Assembly: GCA_029856045.1 (NCBI GenBank)
Contig: JAHQWG010000008.1
Span: forward strand, 1-56,397
Direction of reading: 5' to 3'
DNA: 56,397 nt
Source: Promethearchaeia archaeon
GTDB lineage: Archaea; Asgardarchaeota; Lokiarchaeia; Sigyniarchaeales; SOKP01
Shown: piece after piece, positions 21,196-31,685 of the stretch
Layout: each line of letters opens with the position of its first letter
Numbering within the stretch: the stretch's first letter is position 1
Position numbers and translations under genes: made by a program
The notes under the pieces: model-generated
What the model was told of the DNA's origin: nothing
Seen by the model: the letters and a program-made list of their open reading frames with translations, nothing else
Databases searched by the model: none

Positions 21196-22518
21196 TTATT
21201 TTTTCACTAAAGTCTCCTTAACTCTAAGAAATAATGGAATAGAGCCTATAAAGAAAATCGTTCCGAAAACAAAAACGAAAGATTCTGGGACAAATCCTAT
21301 AATCACGAAATAAGTTGCTACTAATCCTCCAACGAAAGCCCCAATTACTTGTGATATTGTATAAACTATATTAAATACTCCAAAGAATTTCCCTCTTTGA
21401 TCCTTAGGTAATAAATCTTGAGACCATGTATCCATTGGTGTTACAATTCCTAAAACACCTATTAGAATAAATGGAAGTGCAACTATAAATAAAATAAAAT
21501 TTACTTCTGTTCCAATCTTTACAAATGGTGCCAAAAAAAAACCTATACATATAATGATGATTGAAATTGGTATATATTTTCTACGTCCATATTTATCAGC
21601 CAGTTTTCCTAAGTATGCAGTTATGATAAACAAAATTGGAAATCCGAATGCAACTCCAAGAAGTAACTCTATTGTTGACAAGTTCAATGCAAAAATCCAA
21701 ATAAACAAGAAAGGCATTACTGTAGAAATTCCTGATCTAAAGATAGTAATGGCAAGAATTAATTTAAAAAGCTCTTTATTCGATTTAAGTTGTTCGATAT
21801 TAACTATTTCTTTAAGTTCAACAAAAAATTTCTTTTTTGGAGGTAATTCTGAAACAGGTTTTTCTTTTATAAAAAGAAATCCTATCAAACCAGCAATTAT
21901 AATACTAACTCCTCCTATTGAAAGAACAAATAAATGCCCTTCTTGTCCTATAACTGTTTCTCCAGCCACCTCTTGCCCAAATATAAGATCTGCGATTAAA
22001 AAAGCTGCAATAGCAATCAATAAACCTAAATACCCTATTATATTTATTCTCCCATTCGCTCTTCCTCTAAGTTCTAAATCTACTGTATCGGGGATTAATG
22101 ATCTTTCAGAAACGTAATAAGCATTTGAAGCAATACCAATGATCACCACATCCAATATAATACAAATAGTATAAGCAACCATGACATCTCCTCCGCTAAG
22201 ATCTAAAGAAAAGGCAAATATAATCATTGAAATTCCTACAATAATTCCAGATAGTAAATATGGTCTTCGCCTACCAAATTTAGAACGTGTATTATCGCTA
22301 ATAATTCCCCATGTAAGGTTCCATATAAGCCCCATAATCGCTGATAAAATAACCATCACCGATATAAAAAGTGGAGCTAAATTCAAAACTTGATCTAAAT
22401 ATGTATTTAAATAATTCTGTTCGAAGAAACCAAATATTTGATCACCAGCGAAAAGAATTCCGATTATAAGAACTTGCCTGCGTAAAAATTTATTAAAAAC
22501 TTTTTCCTTTTTTTCCAT
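21196..22518 (-). CDS. MFS transporter (sugar/glycoside-like)
   Basis: 12 TM; GIISDNTRSKFGRRRP and GKLADKYGRRK. Confidence 0.9.
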   Translation of the reverse strand: MEKKEKVFNKFLRRQVLIIGILFAGDQIFGFFEQNYLNTYLDQVLNLAPLFISVMVILSAIMGLIWNLTWGIISDNTRSKFGRRRPYLLSGIIVGISMIIFAFSLDLSGGDVMVAYTICIILDVVIIGIASNAYYVSERSLIPDTVDLELRGRANGRINIIGYLGLLIAIAAFLIADLIFGQEVAGETVIGQEGHLFVLSIGGVSIIIAGLIGFLFIKEKPVSELPPKKKFFVELKEIVNIEQLKSNKELFKLILAITIFRSGISTVMPFLFIWIFALNLSTIELLLGVAFGFPILFIITAYLGKLADKYGRRKYIPISIIIICIGFFLAPFVKIGTEVNFILFIVALPFILIGVLGIVTPMDTWSQDLLPKDQRGKFFGVFNIVYTISQVIGAFVGGLVATYFVIIGFVPESFVFVFGTIFFIGSIPLFLRVKETLVKK

Positions 22519-22618
22519 TTTAAATTCTCCTAAATTTAAATAAAAAACTTTTATTGATTGTAATTTTGTTTTTATTTTTTAAAAGTATGTGCAAATAAAA
22601 AAATTGAATTTTATTTGA

Positions 22619-23623
22619 CTATAACACAAACTTTTCAAATTTTATTTTTTCAGATAGTTCTCTCACATCTTTTTTAGAGAATAATCCTGCTCCAGACATT
22701 AAGGTATTTGCAGCTCCACACGCCATTCCCCATCTAAAACATTGTTCAAGATCATTTCCTAAATAGTATCCGACAATAAAACCACCTAACAGAGAATCAC
22801 CTGAACCAACTGTATTTATAGGATTATCTACAATAATTTTTCCAAATAAACAAGTTTTTTGCAAAGCGGAAACACAAATTGCACCCCAACGATTTAAAGT
22901 AGTAATAACTATTTCTGTTTCATTAGATAATAATTCTCTTGATTTTTTTGCAATATTTTCAATATTTTCATTAGGATTTTTCATATATTTTTGAATTTCT
23001 GGTGAATCTGGAAAAAGAGTTGCTAATTCTTCCAAATTCGGTTTTAGTAGCCAAGGTCTTGACTTATATCCTTCAATTAATTCAAGTCCACTAGTATCTA
23101 ATGCACATCTTGCTCCTTTTTTCTTACAAATATTTATCATATCAAAATAAATGTTATTAGGGACTCCAGGAGGGATAGATCCACAAAAAGCAACAATGTC
23201 ATCTTGATTAACAGTATCAGCAATTAATCCCATAAAAGTATCTAATTCAGATTTATTCATAGTAAAACCTTTTTCTCTTATATGGGTTGCCGAATGAGTT
23301 CTAGGGTCAATTATCGTCTTATTAGATCTTGTATAACCATCTATTGGATTGAATTGAAATGAAATTTGTTTTGAATCTAAAAAGGAATTGTATATTGGAA
23401 TTTCTTCTTTTCCTATACAAGCTAAAACTTTAATTTCAATATCTTTTTCTTGAATTAGAGCATTACTCAACGTATTAGCGCTTAATGCGAAAGAAATACC
23501 TTTTCCTAAGGGGAATTTCTGACTTCTTAGAGCTTTAAATGTCCTACCAACTTTAAAATTATTAATTTCGATTACTTCATCGATGGTTGGATTTAATAAT
23601 ACTCCGATAATTTTTTGTTCCAT
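22619..23623 (-). CDS. PfkB-family 1-phosphofructokinase/hexose-phosphate kinase
   Basis: LNPTID, GKG, GSIPPG, LDTSG, KPNLEE, NTVGSGDS. Confidence 0.88.
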   Translation of the reverse strand: MEQKIIGVLLNPTIDEVIEINNFKVGRTFKALRSQKFPLGKGISFALSANTLSNALIQEKDIEIKVLACIGKEEIPIYNSFLDSKQISFQFNPIDGYTRSNKTIIDPRTHSATHIREKGFTMNKSELDTFMGLIADTVNQDDIVAFCGSIPPGVPNNIYFDMINICKKKGARCALDTSGLELIEGYKSRPWLLKPNLEELATLFPDSPEIQKYMKNPNENIENIAKKSRELLSNETEIVITTLNRWGAICVSALQKTCLFGKIIVDNPINTVGSGDSLLGGFIVGYYLGNDLEQCFRWGMACGAANTLMSGAGLFSKKDVRELSEKIKFEKFVL

Positions 23624-23828
23624 ATTTTTACTCTTTTTCCTAATTTTTTTTAATTTTATTTCTACTTCTAAGAATTTAAACGTTTTTATATCTAAACATT
23701 CATAAATTTTGAATAAGTAAAAATTATATTTTTTTTTTAATGTATGAATATTCTAAAAAGATCAAATATTTTTAATTAAAAACCATTCAATTTATAACTA
23801 TTTATTTACAATGGAATCCATTTAACTA

Positions 23829-26606
23829 TTGGGAAATATTGTGAAAAGTAAGAAAGATAAAATTAATTTAAAAATTAAACTGGATAGATCCTTAGATGCA
23901 TTTCTTTATAGAAAAGGCTGGAGAAAATCTTGGGATAGAAGGTTTAAAAAATTATATTGGTATTATCGAATGCCAATATTGTTGAAATTTTTCGAAAAAA
24001 TATTCCATTATGATTTTAATGAGTTTAATATTTATGCTTTAGGACAATCCCACCTTGATGCTTGTTGGAAATGGACAAAACTTTCATCAATTCGACGAGC
24101 GATTCTTACTTTTGAAAGAGCAGTAAAAAATTTAAAAAAATACTCTCATTTCATTTTCAGTCAAACTTCACCTCAATATTATGATTGGATAAAGAGATTA
24201 AGACCAAAATTATTTAATGAAATAAAGAAGTTTGTAGAACGAGGAAAATTTGAATTAATTGGTGGAATGTGGATTGAACCTGATGCTAATTTACCTTCTG
24301 GAGAATCTTTTGTACGGCAAAGATTTTATGGACAATTATTTTACTTAGAAAATTTTGGAAAATTAAGTAAAACAGCAGCGTTACCTGATAGTTTTGGATT
24401 TTCCGGAAATTTACCGCAAATTTTAACTAAATCAGGAGCCGAATATTTTTGGACTACAAAGATAACTTGGAATGATTATAATAGATTTCCTTTTGCTAAC
24501 TTTTTATGGCAAGGAATTGATGGAAGCTCAATTTTTTCTCATTGTTTTGTTTATAATATTTCAGTTTTATGGCATCTTTCCAAATACAAAGAATTAGCGA
24601 AACTTCCAAAAAAGACAGGTTTAATTTTTAATTCAACTATGAATTTAGATGAAATTAACTCGAATTTCCAAGAGAATTATGTTAAAACGTGCGGGATTTT
24701 TTATGGTTTTGGTGATGGAGCAATGGGTCCTTTCGAAGAAGAGATTACACTATATTCTGATATTGGTAGATTAGGATTATTAAAATTTACAACGATTGAA
24801 AATTTTTTTAAAATTTTGAAAAAAGAATGCAATGAATTAATCCCAATATGGAATGATGAGTTATATCTTGAAACCCATCGGGCATGTTATACAAGCCAAT
24901 CAAATATTAAAAAATTAAATCGATTAGCAGAAATTAATTTAAGAAATTTTGAAATATTAAATACCTTTTTTACACTATTTTCTAAGAAATATGAATATCC
25001 AAGGAGAAAAAGTGAAGATTTATGGAAGATAACTCTATTCAATCAATTTCATGATATTTTACCAGGATCGAGTATTCAAGATGTCTATTATGAACAAGAA
25101 CCAGAATTACATAATGTTATTCATGACACAAAACATTCTTCAAAAATGATAATGCAAATGATCTCTGTTGCACTTATAAATGATAAATCAAGGTTAAATG
25201 ATAATAAATTTCTAATCTTTAATCCTTTAAGTTGGACAAGGAACGGGACAATTAAAATGGAAAATGGAAAAAAATATTTTGAATACCAAGTAAAAAGGAT
25301 CCCAGCATTATCTTTTAAAATAGTAGATATATCACTCTTAAAAAATGAAATTAAGCAAAATAATGAGAGTTTAATTATAATAGAAACTAGTAAGCAAATT
25401 ATTTTGGAAAATAAGAAAATAAAACTTGCTATAGATAAAAATTCAGGCAAAATTTCATCATTAATTTCAAAAACATTTAAAAAAGAGTTCATACGGGTGG
25501 GAGATGGAATTGGTTTTCATGTTTTTCGCAATAAACCTCAAAAAAAATATTGTGTTTGGAACATCGATAAGAGGTATTCACGTCATCCAATAAAACTAGG
25601 TAGAGTCAAAGGTCTAAGAGTAATAAAGGAAAAAAACAGGAAAATTATGGTTAAACTCATATTTGTATTTAGAAATTCCAAAATTATTCAATATATTATT
25701 TTGCGAGCAGAAGCAGATTATATTGAATTTCGAACTGAGATGGAAATATTTGATAAAAATATGATTTTCAAAATTAGATTTCCATTTGACTTAAACACGA
25801 ATGAATTAATTTCTGAAATACCATATGGTGCATTAAAAAGAAAAATCATTCCTAAAACAGAATTTGAAAAAGCTAAATGGGAATTTCCTGCACAAAAATG
25901 GGTAGCTATTTCAGATCAAAATTACGGTATCGTATTAGTAAATGATAGTAAATATGGATTCAATTCTACGAAAAAAGGCTTATATATAACTTTATTAAAT
26001 ACACCTCGTTACCCAACCGATCCATTCTTTTCTTATATTAAACGAGTTCCAAAAAAAGAAAGAGAGAAATATATTGATCAGGGGCATCATATTATAAATT
26101 ATGCATTGAAAATTTTCGAAGGTAATTGGGTGAAAGCAGAAGTATGGAAATTTGGTTATGAATTTAATTACCCTCTTATATTTGAGAAGCTTAAAAAAGA
26201 CTATGATAATCAAAGAGTTATTGAAAAGTGTTTAGACACAGAAACTAAACGAGATATAATCAACTTTATTCAAAAAGAAAAATCATTTATTGAAATAAGC
26301 GAACCTAATATAATATTAGAAGTTATAAAACCTCATGAAACAATTCCAATGGGAAAATTTGGTCAAAAAATTTTTCACCAAAATATCAAGGAAGGATTGA
26401 TTTTAAGGTTATACGAGACTGCGGGTAAAACAACAAGCTGTGAAATTAAATTTAATGATTTTTTTAAATTAAAAGCAGTCTTTGAAACAGATTTACTCGA
26501 ACTTAATAAATTTAATAAAAGTATTTTTAAAATTTCAGATAATCGTGAATTTAATATTAATTTTACTCCTTTTGAGATTAAAACACTTCATATAAAATTA
26601 AATTAA
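23829..26606 (+). CDS. GH38 alpha-mannosidase
   Basis: SHLDACWKW, GGMWIEPD, LPDSFG, ELYLETHR, NQFHDILPGSSI. Confidence 0.93.
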   Translation: MGNIVKSKKDKINLKIKLDRSLDAFLYRKGWRKSWDRRFKKLYWYYRMPILLKFFEKIFHYDFNEFNIYALGQSHLDACWKWTKLSSIRRAILTFERAVKNLKKYSHFIFSQTSPQYYDWIKRLRPKLFNEIKKFVERGKFELIGGMWIEPDANLPSGESFVRQRFYGQLFYLENFGKLSKTAALPDSFGFSGNLPQILTKSGAEYFWTTKITWNDYNRFPFANFLWQGIDGSSIFSHCFVYNISVLWHLSKYKELAKLPKKTGLIFNSTMNLDEINSNFQENYVKTCGIFYGFGDGAMGPFEEEITLYSDIGRLGLLKFTTIENFFKILKKECNELIPIWNDELYLETHRACYTSQSNIKKLNRLAEINLRNFEILNTFFTLFSKKYEYPRRKSEDLWKITLFNQFHDILPGSSIQDVYYEQEPELHNVIHDTKHSSKMIMQMISVALINDKSRLNDNKFLIFNPLSWTRNGTIKMENGKKYFEYQVKRIPALSFKIVDISLLKNEIKQNNESLIIIETSKQIILENKKIKLAIDKNSGKISSLISKTFKKEFIRVGDGIGFHVFRNKPQKKYCVWNIDKRYSRHPIKLGRVKGLRVIKEKNRKIMVKLIFVFRNSKIIQYIILRAEADYIEFRTEMEIFDKNMIFKIRFPFDLNTNELISEIPYGALKRKIIPKTEFEKAKWEFPAQKWVAISDQNYGIVLVNDSKYGFNSTKKGLYITLLNTPRYPTDPFFSYIKRVPKKEREKYIDQGHHIINYALKIFEGNWVKAEVWKFGYEFNYPLIFEKLKKDYDNQRVIEKCLDTETKRDIINFIQKEKSFIEISEPNIILEVIKPHETIPMGKFGQKIFHQNIKEGLILRLYETAGKTTSCEIKFNDFFKLKAVFETDLLELNKFNKSIFKISDNREFNINFTPFEIKTLHIKLN

Positions 26607-26748
26607 GAACTTTAAGTCAAATTAGTTAATTTTTTTTAAAAATTCAAAATTTTTACTAACTATTATTTAATAAACGGAATTTTTTTAAATTTTCATTATT
26701 TCTCTTTATTCGTAAATTTAAATAAATATTTTTTAAGGAAATAAAAAT

Positions 26749-29253
26749 ATGAGTAAGATTAACGAAAAATTAGAAATTCAAAAGCAAGGGCCAAAATTTT
26801 CCATTGCGGAACCTCATGATTTGTTACCCAAATCAAAGTGGCTCAGAGATTATTATTTTAAAGGAGTCGAAAGAGAATGGAACAATGAATACACACCTTT
26901 CACAACTGGCACTGATTGGGATATTGTTTTTTATGAAGGTGATTATTATATTGTCCCTGAGTTGCATTACTTTATGGGTACTAAAGATAATGGACCATTT
27001 GCTTTTTCTATCAGATCTAGGGCATCTCCTGTTAAACTGCCTGAAAATTTCTGGAAAAAATCACTACCAGAACGTAGAGCTTTATTTTTTGAAGAAGTAA
27101 TGTTAAATTATATACCTCAAGAGATTATTTCAGAAAATGATTTAATAGCAGGAGGGAGATTTAACACTCAATTAAGTAAGTGCTTCAATGAAAAAGAAGC
27201 AAAAATATTTTGGAGAAAAAATCTAAAAAATAGAAGATCTATTTTTAAATTTCATAAAAATGGATTTGGAAACTGCGGTGCAACTGGCGGACACATAATT
27301 GCTGATTACGAAACCGTTGTTAAGAAAGGATTTAAGTTTATTTATGAAAAAATCAAAAAAAATTACGAAGAGTTAAGTGAAAAAGATAAGAAAGGTCCCA
27401 AAGGTCAAGAACTTAGAGCAATGATGATATCTGCTCAAATTCCGCAAAAATTGGCGGAAAAATATGCTGAAGAATGTAGAAGATTAAAAAATGAAGAATC
27501 AACTTCCGAACGTGCAGAAGAACTTGAACAAATGGCAAAAAATCTAGAAATAGTTCCATGGGAACCTGCTAAAACTTTCTGGCAAGGAGTTCAATCTTTG
27601 TGGCTTATACATATGTTAATAATTGCTGAAGAATCTTATCCCGGACCAGGAGTTTCTTTTGGAAGAACAGACTTACAATTATGGCCTTTATATAAAAAAG
27701 ATGTGATTGATGAGAAAAATATAACAAAAGATTTCGCTAAAGAGATCTTAGGAAGTTTTTGGTTTCATTGTAATACGGTTTATGATGCCCAAATAAAGAT
27801 TGGAGGAAATCAGGGTATCACAAGTGGCTTCGGGCAATTAATGACTTTATCCGGATGCGGAGCACAGGGAGAGGATTTAACAAATGAATTGACTTATACA
27901 ATACTAGAAGTTATAGACGAATGGAGCCCAATATTAGAACCTAAGCCAAATGTACGTTTGCATCGAAATACTCCAGATAAATTACTTGAAATTGCTGTAG
28001 ATATGATTATAAGCGCTCAAGGAGCTCCGTTTTTATTAAATTTCGATGAAAGAAGTATTGCCGGAATGATTGTAGAAGGCATTCCTAAAGAGGAAGCATG
28101 GGATTATGCTTGTGTTGGTTGTTTAGAGAACACAATGCAAGGTAATGATCGCTCAGGAACAGTTAATTGTAATCCAAATTTAGCGAAAAGCATAGAATTA
28201 ACTCTATGGAACGGAAAAAATATACCCGATAAAAATGACACTTCAAAATCAAAAGAACAATTTGGTCCGAAAACGGGAGATCCTGAAAATTTTGACACGT
28301 GGGAAGAGTTTTGGGAAGCATGGGTTAAACAGATGAAATTTATTATAAGATATACCGTTGAAGTGTACAATTCAACGGAAGAACTTCGTGGACAATATCT
28401 CCCAACACCATATTTATCAACTATCGTTAGAGGTTGTGCAGAAAAAGGATTAGATGTAAGACAAGGTGGTCCAGAACTAAGATTTATAACAATTGAAGGT
28501 GTTGGATATGCAACTGCAGTAGATTCTTTATTAGCAATTAAGAAATACGTTTATGAAGATAAAAAATATACCATAGCTCAAATTAAAAAAGCTATAATGG
28601 AAGATTATCAAGGTAAAGAGAATATTATAATGCAAACCTTATTCAAAAATAAGGCTCCAAAATACGGAATTGATGATGATGAGTTTGATGAGTTAGGTAG
28701 GAAAGTAATGAAAACATGGTCTGATGAGTGCTGGAAATATAAAACTCAAACTAATTTCCAATTCCGTCCTGGAATGCTTTCATGGAACTACTGGGCTGGA
28801 AATGACGCTGCAAATACAGTCGCTACTCCAAACGGTAGAAATAAAGGAAGATTTTTATCAAATGCGATTTGTCCTACAAATGGAGCGGATATAAAAGGTC
28901 CAACGGCTGTAACTAATTCAGTAGGAAAAGTTTTAGGAGGCAAGACTGAGGATGGAGAATATATAAATTATTTACCTAATGGATCAAGTCATATCATATC
29001 GTTTGATCCAAGTATGTTACGAGATCCCGAACATAAAAATAAATTTAAAGCTTATTTACGAGGGTATATTGAAAATGGCGGTACGGCTTTGCAAATAAAT
29101 ATGATAGATGCAGAAATGTTAAGAGATGCTCAAAAACATCCTCAGAATTATAAAAATTTACTTGTAAGAGTTACAGGTTATAACGCCTACTTTCATGCGA
29201 TTGGAAGGGAACTTCAAGATGAAATAATTGCTAGGGAGTCTCACCAAATGTAA
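26749..29253 (+). CDS. Glycyl radical enzyme (PFL2/eliminase-like, substrate unknown)
   Basis: Cys loop VGCLE; Gly loop LLVRVTGYNAYF. Confidence 0.93.
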   Translation: MSKINEKLEIQKQGPKFSIAEPHDLLPKSKWLRDYYFKGVEREWNNEYTPFTTGTDWDIVFYEGDYYIVPELHYFMGTKDNGPFAFSIRSRASPVKLPENFWKKSLPERRALFFEEVMLNYIPQEIISENDLIAGGRFNTQLSKCFNEKEAKIFWRKNLKNRRSIFKFHKNGFGNCGATGGHIIADYETVVKKGFKFIYEKIKKNYEELSEKDKKGPKGQELRAMMISAQIPQKLAEKYAEECRRLKNEESTSERAEELEQMAKNLEIVPWEPAKTFWQGVQSLWLIHMLIIAEESYPGPGVSFGRTDLQLWPLYKKDVIDEKNITKDFAKEILGSFWFHCNTVYDAQIKIGGNQGITSGFGQLMTLSGCGAQGEDLTNELTYTILEVIDEWSPILEPKPNVRLHRNTPDKLLEIAVDMIISAQGAPFLLNFDERSIAGMIVEGIPKEEAWDYACVGCLENTMQGNDRSGTVNCNPNLAKSIELTLWNGKNIPDKNDTSKSKEQFGPKTGDPENFDTWEEFWEAWVKQMKFIIRYTVEVYNSTEELRGQYLPTPYLSTIVRGCAEKGLDVRQGGPELRFITIEGVGYATAVDSLLAIKKYVYEDKKYTIAQIKKAIMEDYQGKENIIMQTLFKNKAPKYGIDDDEFDELGRKVMKTWSDECWKYKTQTNFQFRPGMLSWNYWAGNDAANTVATPNGRNKGRFLSNAICPTNGADIKGPTAVTNSVGKVLGGKTEDGEYINYLPNGSSHIISFDPSMLRDPEHKNKFKAYLRGYIENGGTALQINMIDAEMLRDAQKHPQNYKNLLVRVTGYNAYFHAIGRELQDEIIARESHQM

Positions 29254-30187
29254 TAATAAATGGATATCAATAAAAATCATAAAAAAAGAGTTGATAAGTA
29301 AAATGGGTAAAGAAAAAGGATTAATAAAATGGTTTTCCGAATTTTCCGAGGAAGCAATTACTTTTACAGAGCCAGAAATTATTGTAAAATTAGTTTCAAC
29401 GATTGATCCCCGTGGTTGGCCTCATATATCTCTTATTTCTTGTAATCGAGCAAAAAATAAAAATCAAGTAGTTTGGGGACAATTTACTGAAGGATTAAGC
29501 AAGAAGTATGTGGAAGAGAATCCAAAACAAGGAATATTTTGGATGCCAACAAAGATGCCATTTAAAATTCTTCAAGCAAAAGTAAAGCTGAATTATACGA
29601 AAACAGAGGGAGAAGACATAGAATATTTTAATAAATTAGATCTTATGCGATATAATGCATATCTTAGTGTCTGGAAAGTTTTTTATAATGATGTTATAGC
29701 GGTTTCTCCAATTAGGAAATTATCTTTAATAGGAATTATTAAAGGAATTTTATTGGATATGATTGGAAAAGGAGCGGCAAAAACAAAACTGTCTGAAAAA
29801 CGTTTAAATATTCTTGGGTATAAATTGTTTAAAGGTCCTATAAATCCTAAATTTATTTCTTATATTGACCCTTCCGATGGCTATCCGATTATTATTCCGT
29901 GTATTCAATTACAGGCTGCTGATCATAATAGGCTTATCTTTCCACTTACGGTTTTAAAAGAAGATTTGGAAAAAATTCCGACTAATTCGAAAATCGCTGT
30001 TTTTGGAATGAATACGGATTTAGTTAGTCAATTGGTTAATGGGACGTTTATAGGGTTTAAAAAATTTAGGGCAATAAAGTTTGGCATAGTTGAAATTGAA
30101 GAGATTTATAATAGTTGTCCGCCTTTAGTCGGAAAAATTTATCCAGAAATTGAGACACGACCAAAAGTTACAAATTTTCATTTATAA
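29228..30187 (+). CDS. Tandem pyridoxamine-5'-phosphate-oxidase-like (split barrel) protein; true start probably about 29303
   Basis: Two repeats, STIDPRGWPHIS and SYIDPSDGYPII. Confidence 0.7.
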   Translation: MLGSLTKCNNKWISIKIIKKELISKMGKEKGLIKWFSEFSEEAITFTEPEIIVKLVSTIDPRGWPHISLISCNRAKNKNQVVWGQFTEGLSKKYVEENPKQGIFWMPTKMPFKILQAKVKLNYTKTEGEDIEYFNKLDLMRYNAYLSVWKVFYNDVIAVSPIRKLSLIGIIKGILLDMIGKGAAKTKLSEKRLNILGYKLFKGPINPKFISYIDPSDGYPIIIPCIQLQAADHNRLIFPLTVLKEDLEKIPTNSKIAVFGMNTDLVSQLVNGTFIGFKKFRAIKFGIVEIEEIYNSCPPLVGKIYPEIETRPKVTNFHL

Positions 30188-30317
30188 TTAACTTTTTTTT
30201 TCCTTATCGATATTTTAATGTATTTTTTTTATAATATTTTTCTTAAGTCAAAAATTTTAAGGAACTATAATCTTTAATCCATTTGTTTAAATTATAATTT
30301 CTTAAACGATATTTGCA

Positions 30318-30401
30318 TTCATCTAAATCTACTTCCTCTATTCTTGGAGCAATAAAATAAGTCATTGTTGTCTTTCCTAATTCTTTAAATTTGATATCAA
30401 A
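30318..30401 (-). pseudogene. Orphan 3' fragment resembling the PCNA C-terminus
   Basis: FDIKFKELGKTTMTYFIAPRIEEVDLDE resembles the PCNA Y(Y/F)LAP(R/K)IEE terminus; no upstream coding part. Confidence 0.6.
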
Positions 30402-30503
30402 GTTATTTCTATCAAAAATAATTAACAAAAAAAGAAATAAATATAAGTTCAAAAATAGAATAATTTTTAAAATTAAATATTTTTATTTAAATAATTTTTA
30501 GGG

Positions 30504-30875
30504 ATGAAATTGGGGAAAAAATCACTCACTAATGAATTAATGAATAAAATTGAGGTCTATTTTAAGGGCATGCACTACTTATCCAATTGTGGGAGCCCGT
30601 TTGACGAATCGAAATTTGAAAAATTAGATCGCATACTTGTAAAGGCAGATGCCGCTTTTGGACCGGCTAAAAGAGCAGAAATGATGGCTGAAACAAAGAA
30701 AATTCTCCCTGTTAAAATGGGTGACGGATGGAGAGACGGAAGAGACAGTTTGAGATTAAATCTTATAAATGGGTTAAATCAAGGCTTTAAAGCCTTCAAT
30801 AAAGCTCTAATGGAAACCTCTCCGGATAAAGATACAGCCAAAAAAATGTTGAAAATCCTGAACAAATATAAATAA
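30504..30875 (+). CDS. Hypothetical protein
   Basis: 123-aa ORF with coding-like, GC-richer composition. Confidence 0.65.
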   Translation: MKLGKKSLTNELMNKIEVYFKGMHYLSNCGSPFDESKFEKLDRILVKADAAFGPAKRAEMMAETKKILPVKMGDGWRDGRDSLRLNLINGLNQGFKAFNKALMETSPDKDTAKKMLKILNKYK

Positions 30876-31193
30876 AGAAGTAATTTCTTGTGTTCTGTAT
30901 TATGGTGAGGTTCAATTACCATTTTTTGCAAATATGACATGAATCTTAGACCTAAAAAATTACTAATATATCATGACACAATCGATTTTTAGTAAAAATG
31001 AGAATATTTTAAGGAATTAATTTTTGTAAGTGAAATTAAAATAACTTAATAGTATTAGTTCTCAATTTATTTTAAGAAAATTTTGAGGAAATCGATTACA
31101 AATGCTATCTATTTAAATATTAAGTATTTTTAATTAATATTGTTCATTTAAATATAATTTAAAGAAGGTAAAAATAAAGAGAGAAATTTAAAA

Positions 31194-31556
31194 ATGTCAA
31201 GTGATCAACTCGCTTTTTTAGAAAAAATGAAGAAATTAGCAGAAGAAAATGAGGAATTTAAAGAAGAATTAGAGGATCTTGATGAAATTATCGCTCAAAA
31301 TGTAATTACAGATGTTAATTATAAGTTCTGGATTAAATTTGGAGGAGGAAAATTTGAGTATGGCGAAGGCGAGATAGATAATCCTTCATTTACAATGTCT
31401 TGCACTGCAGCTATTATGACCGGCATGGGCACGGGAGAAGTTGAAGGTACTTCAGCCTATATGTCAGGTGATTTAGCTATAGAAGGAGATTTACAAGGTG
31501 CAATAGCCTATGGCGAAATTACTGGAATCGCCAGAGACATTTTAGAAGAAGAATAA
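31194..31556 (+). CDS. SCP2 sterol/lipid-binding domain protein
   Basis: AYMSGDLAIEGDL C-terminal motif; 120 aa, acidic. Confidence 0.88.
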   Translation: MSSDQLAFLEKMKKLAEENEEFKEELEDLDEIIAQNVITDVNYKFWIKFGGGKFEYGEGEIDNPSFTMSCTAAIMTGMGTGEVEGTSAYMSGDLAIEGDLQGAIAYGEITGIARDILEEE

Positions 31557-31685
31557 AATAATTCTAAAAAATAATTGATTTATTCCATTTTTTTTATTTT
31601 TTATTATTTTTTTTATAATCATTAAACAAACTTTATTTTTATAGCATTTTTCATTATTTATCCATTATAAAACAGTTTTCTTAAA

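Noticed and set aside
23669-23696. TTATATCTAAA resembling an archaeal dif right arm
   Set aside because: The left arm matches only 6/11 of the inverted sequence; more likely a TATA-like element between divergent genes
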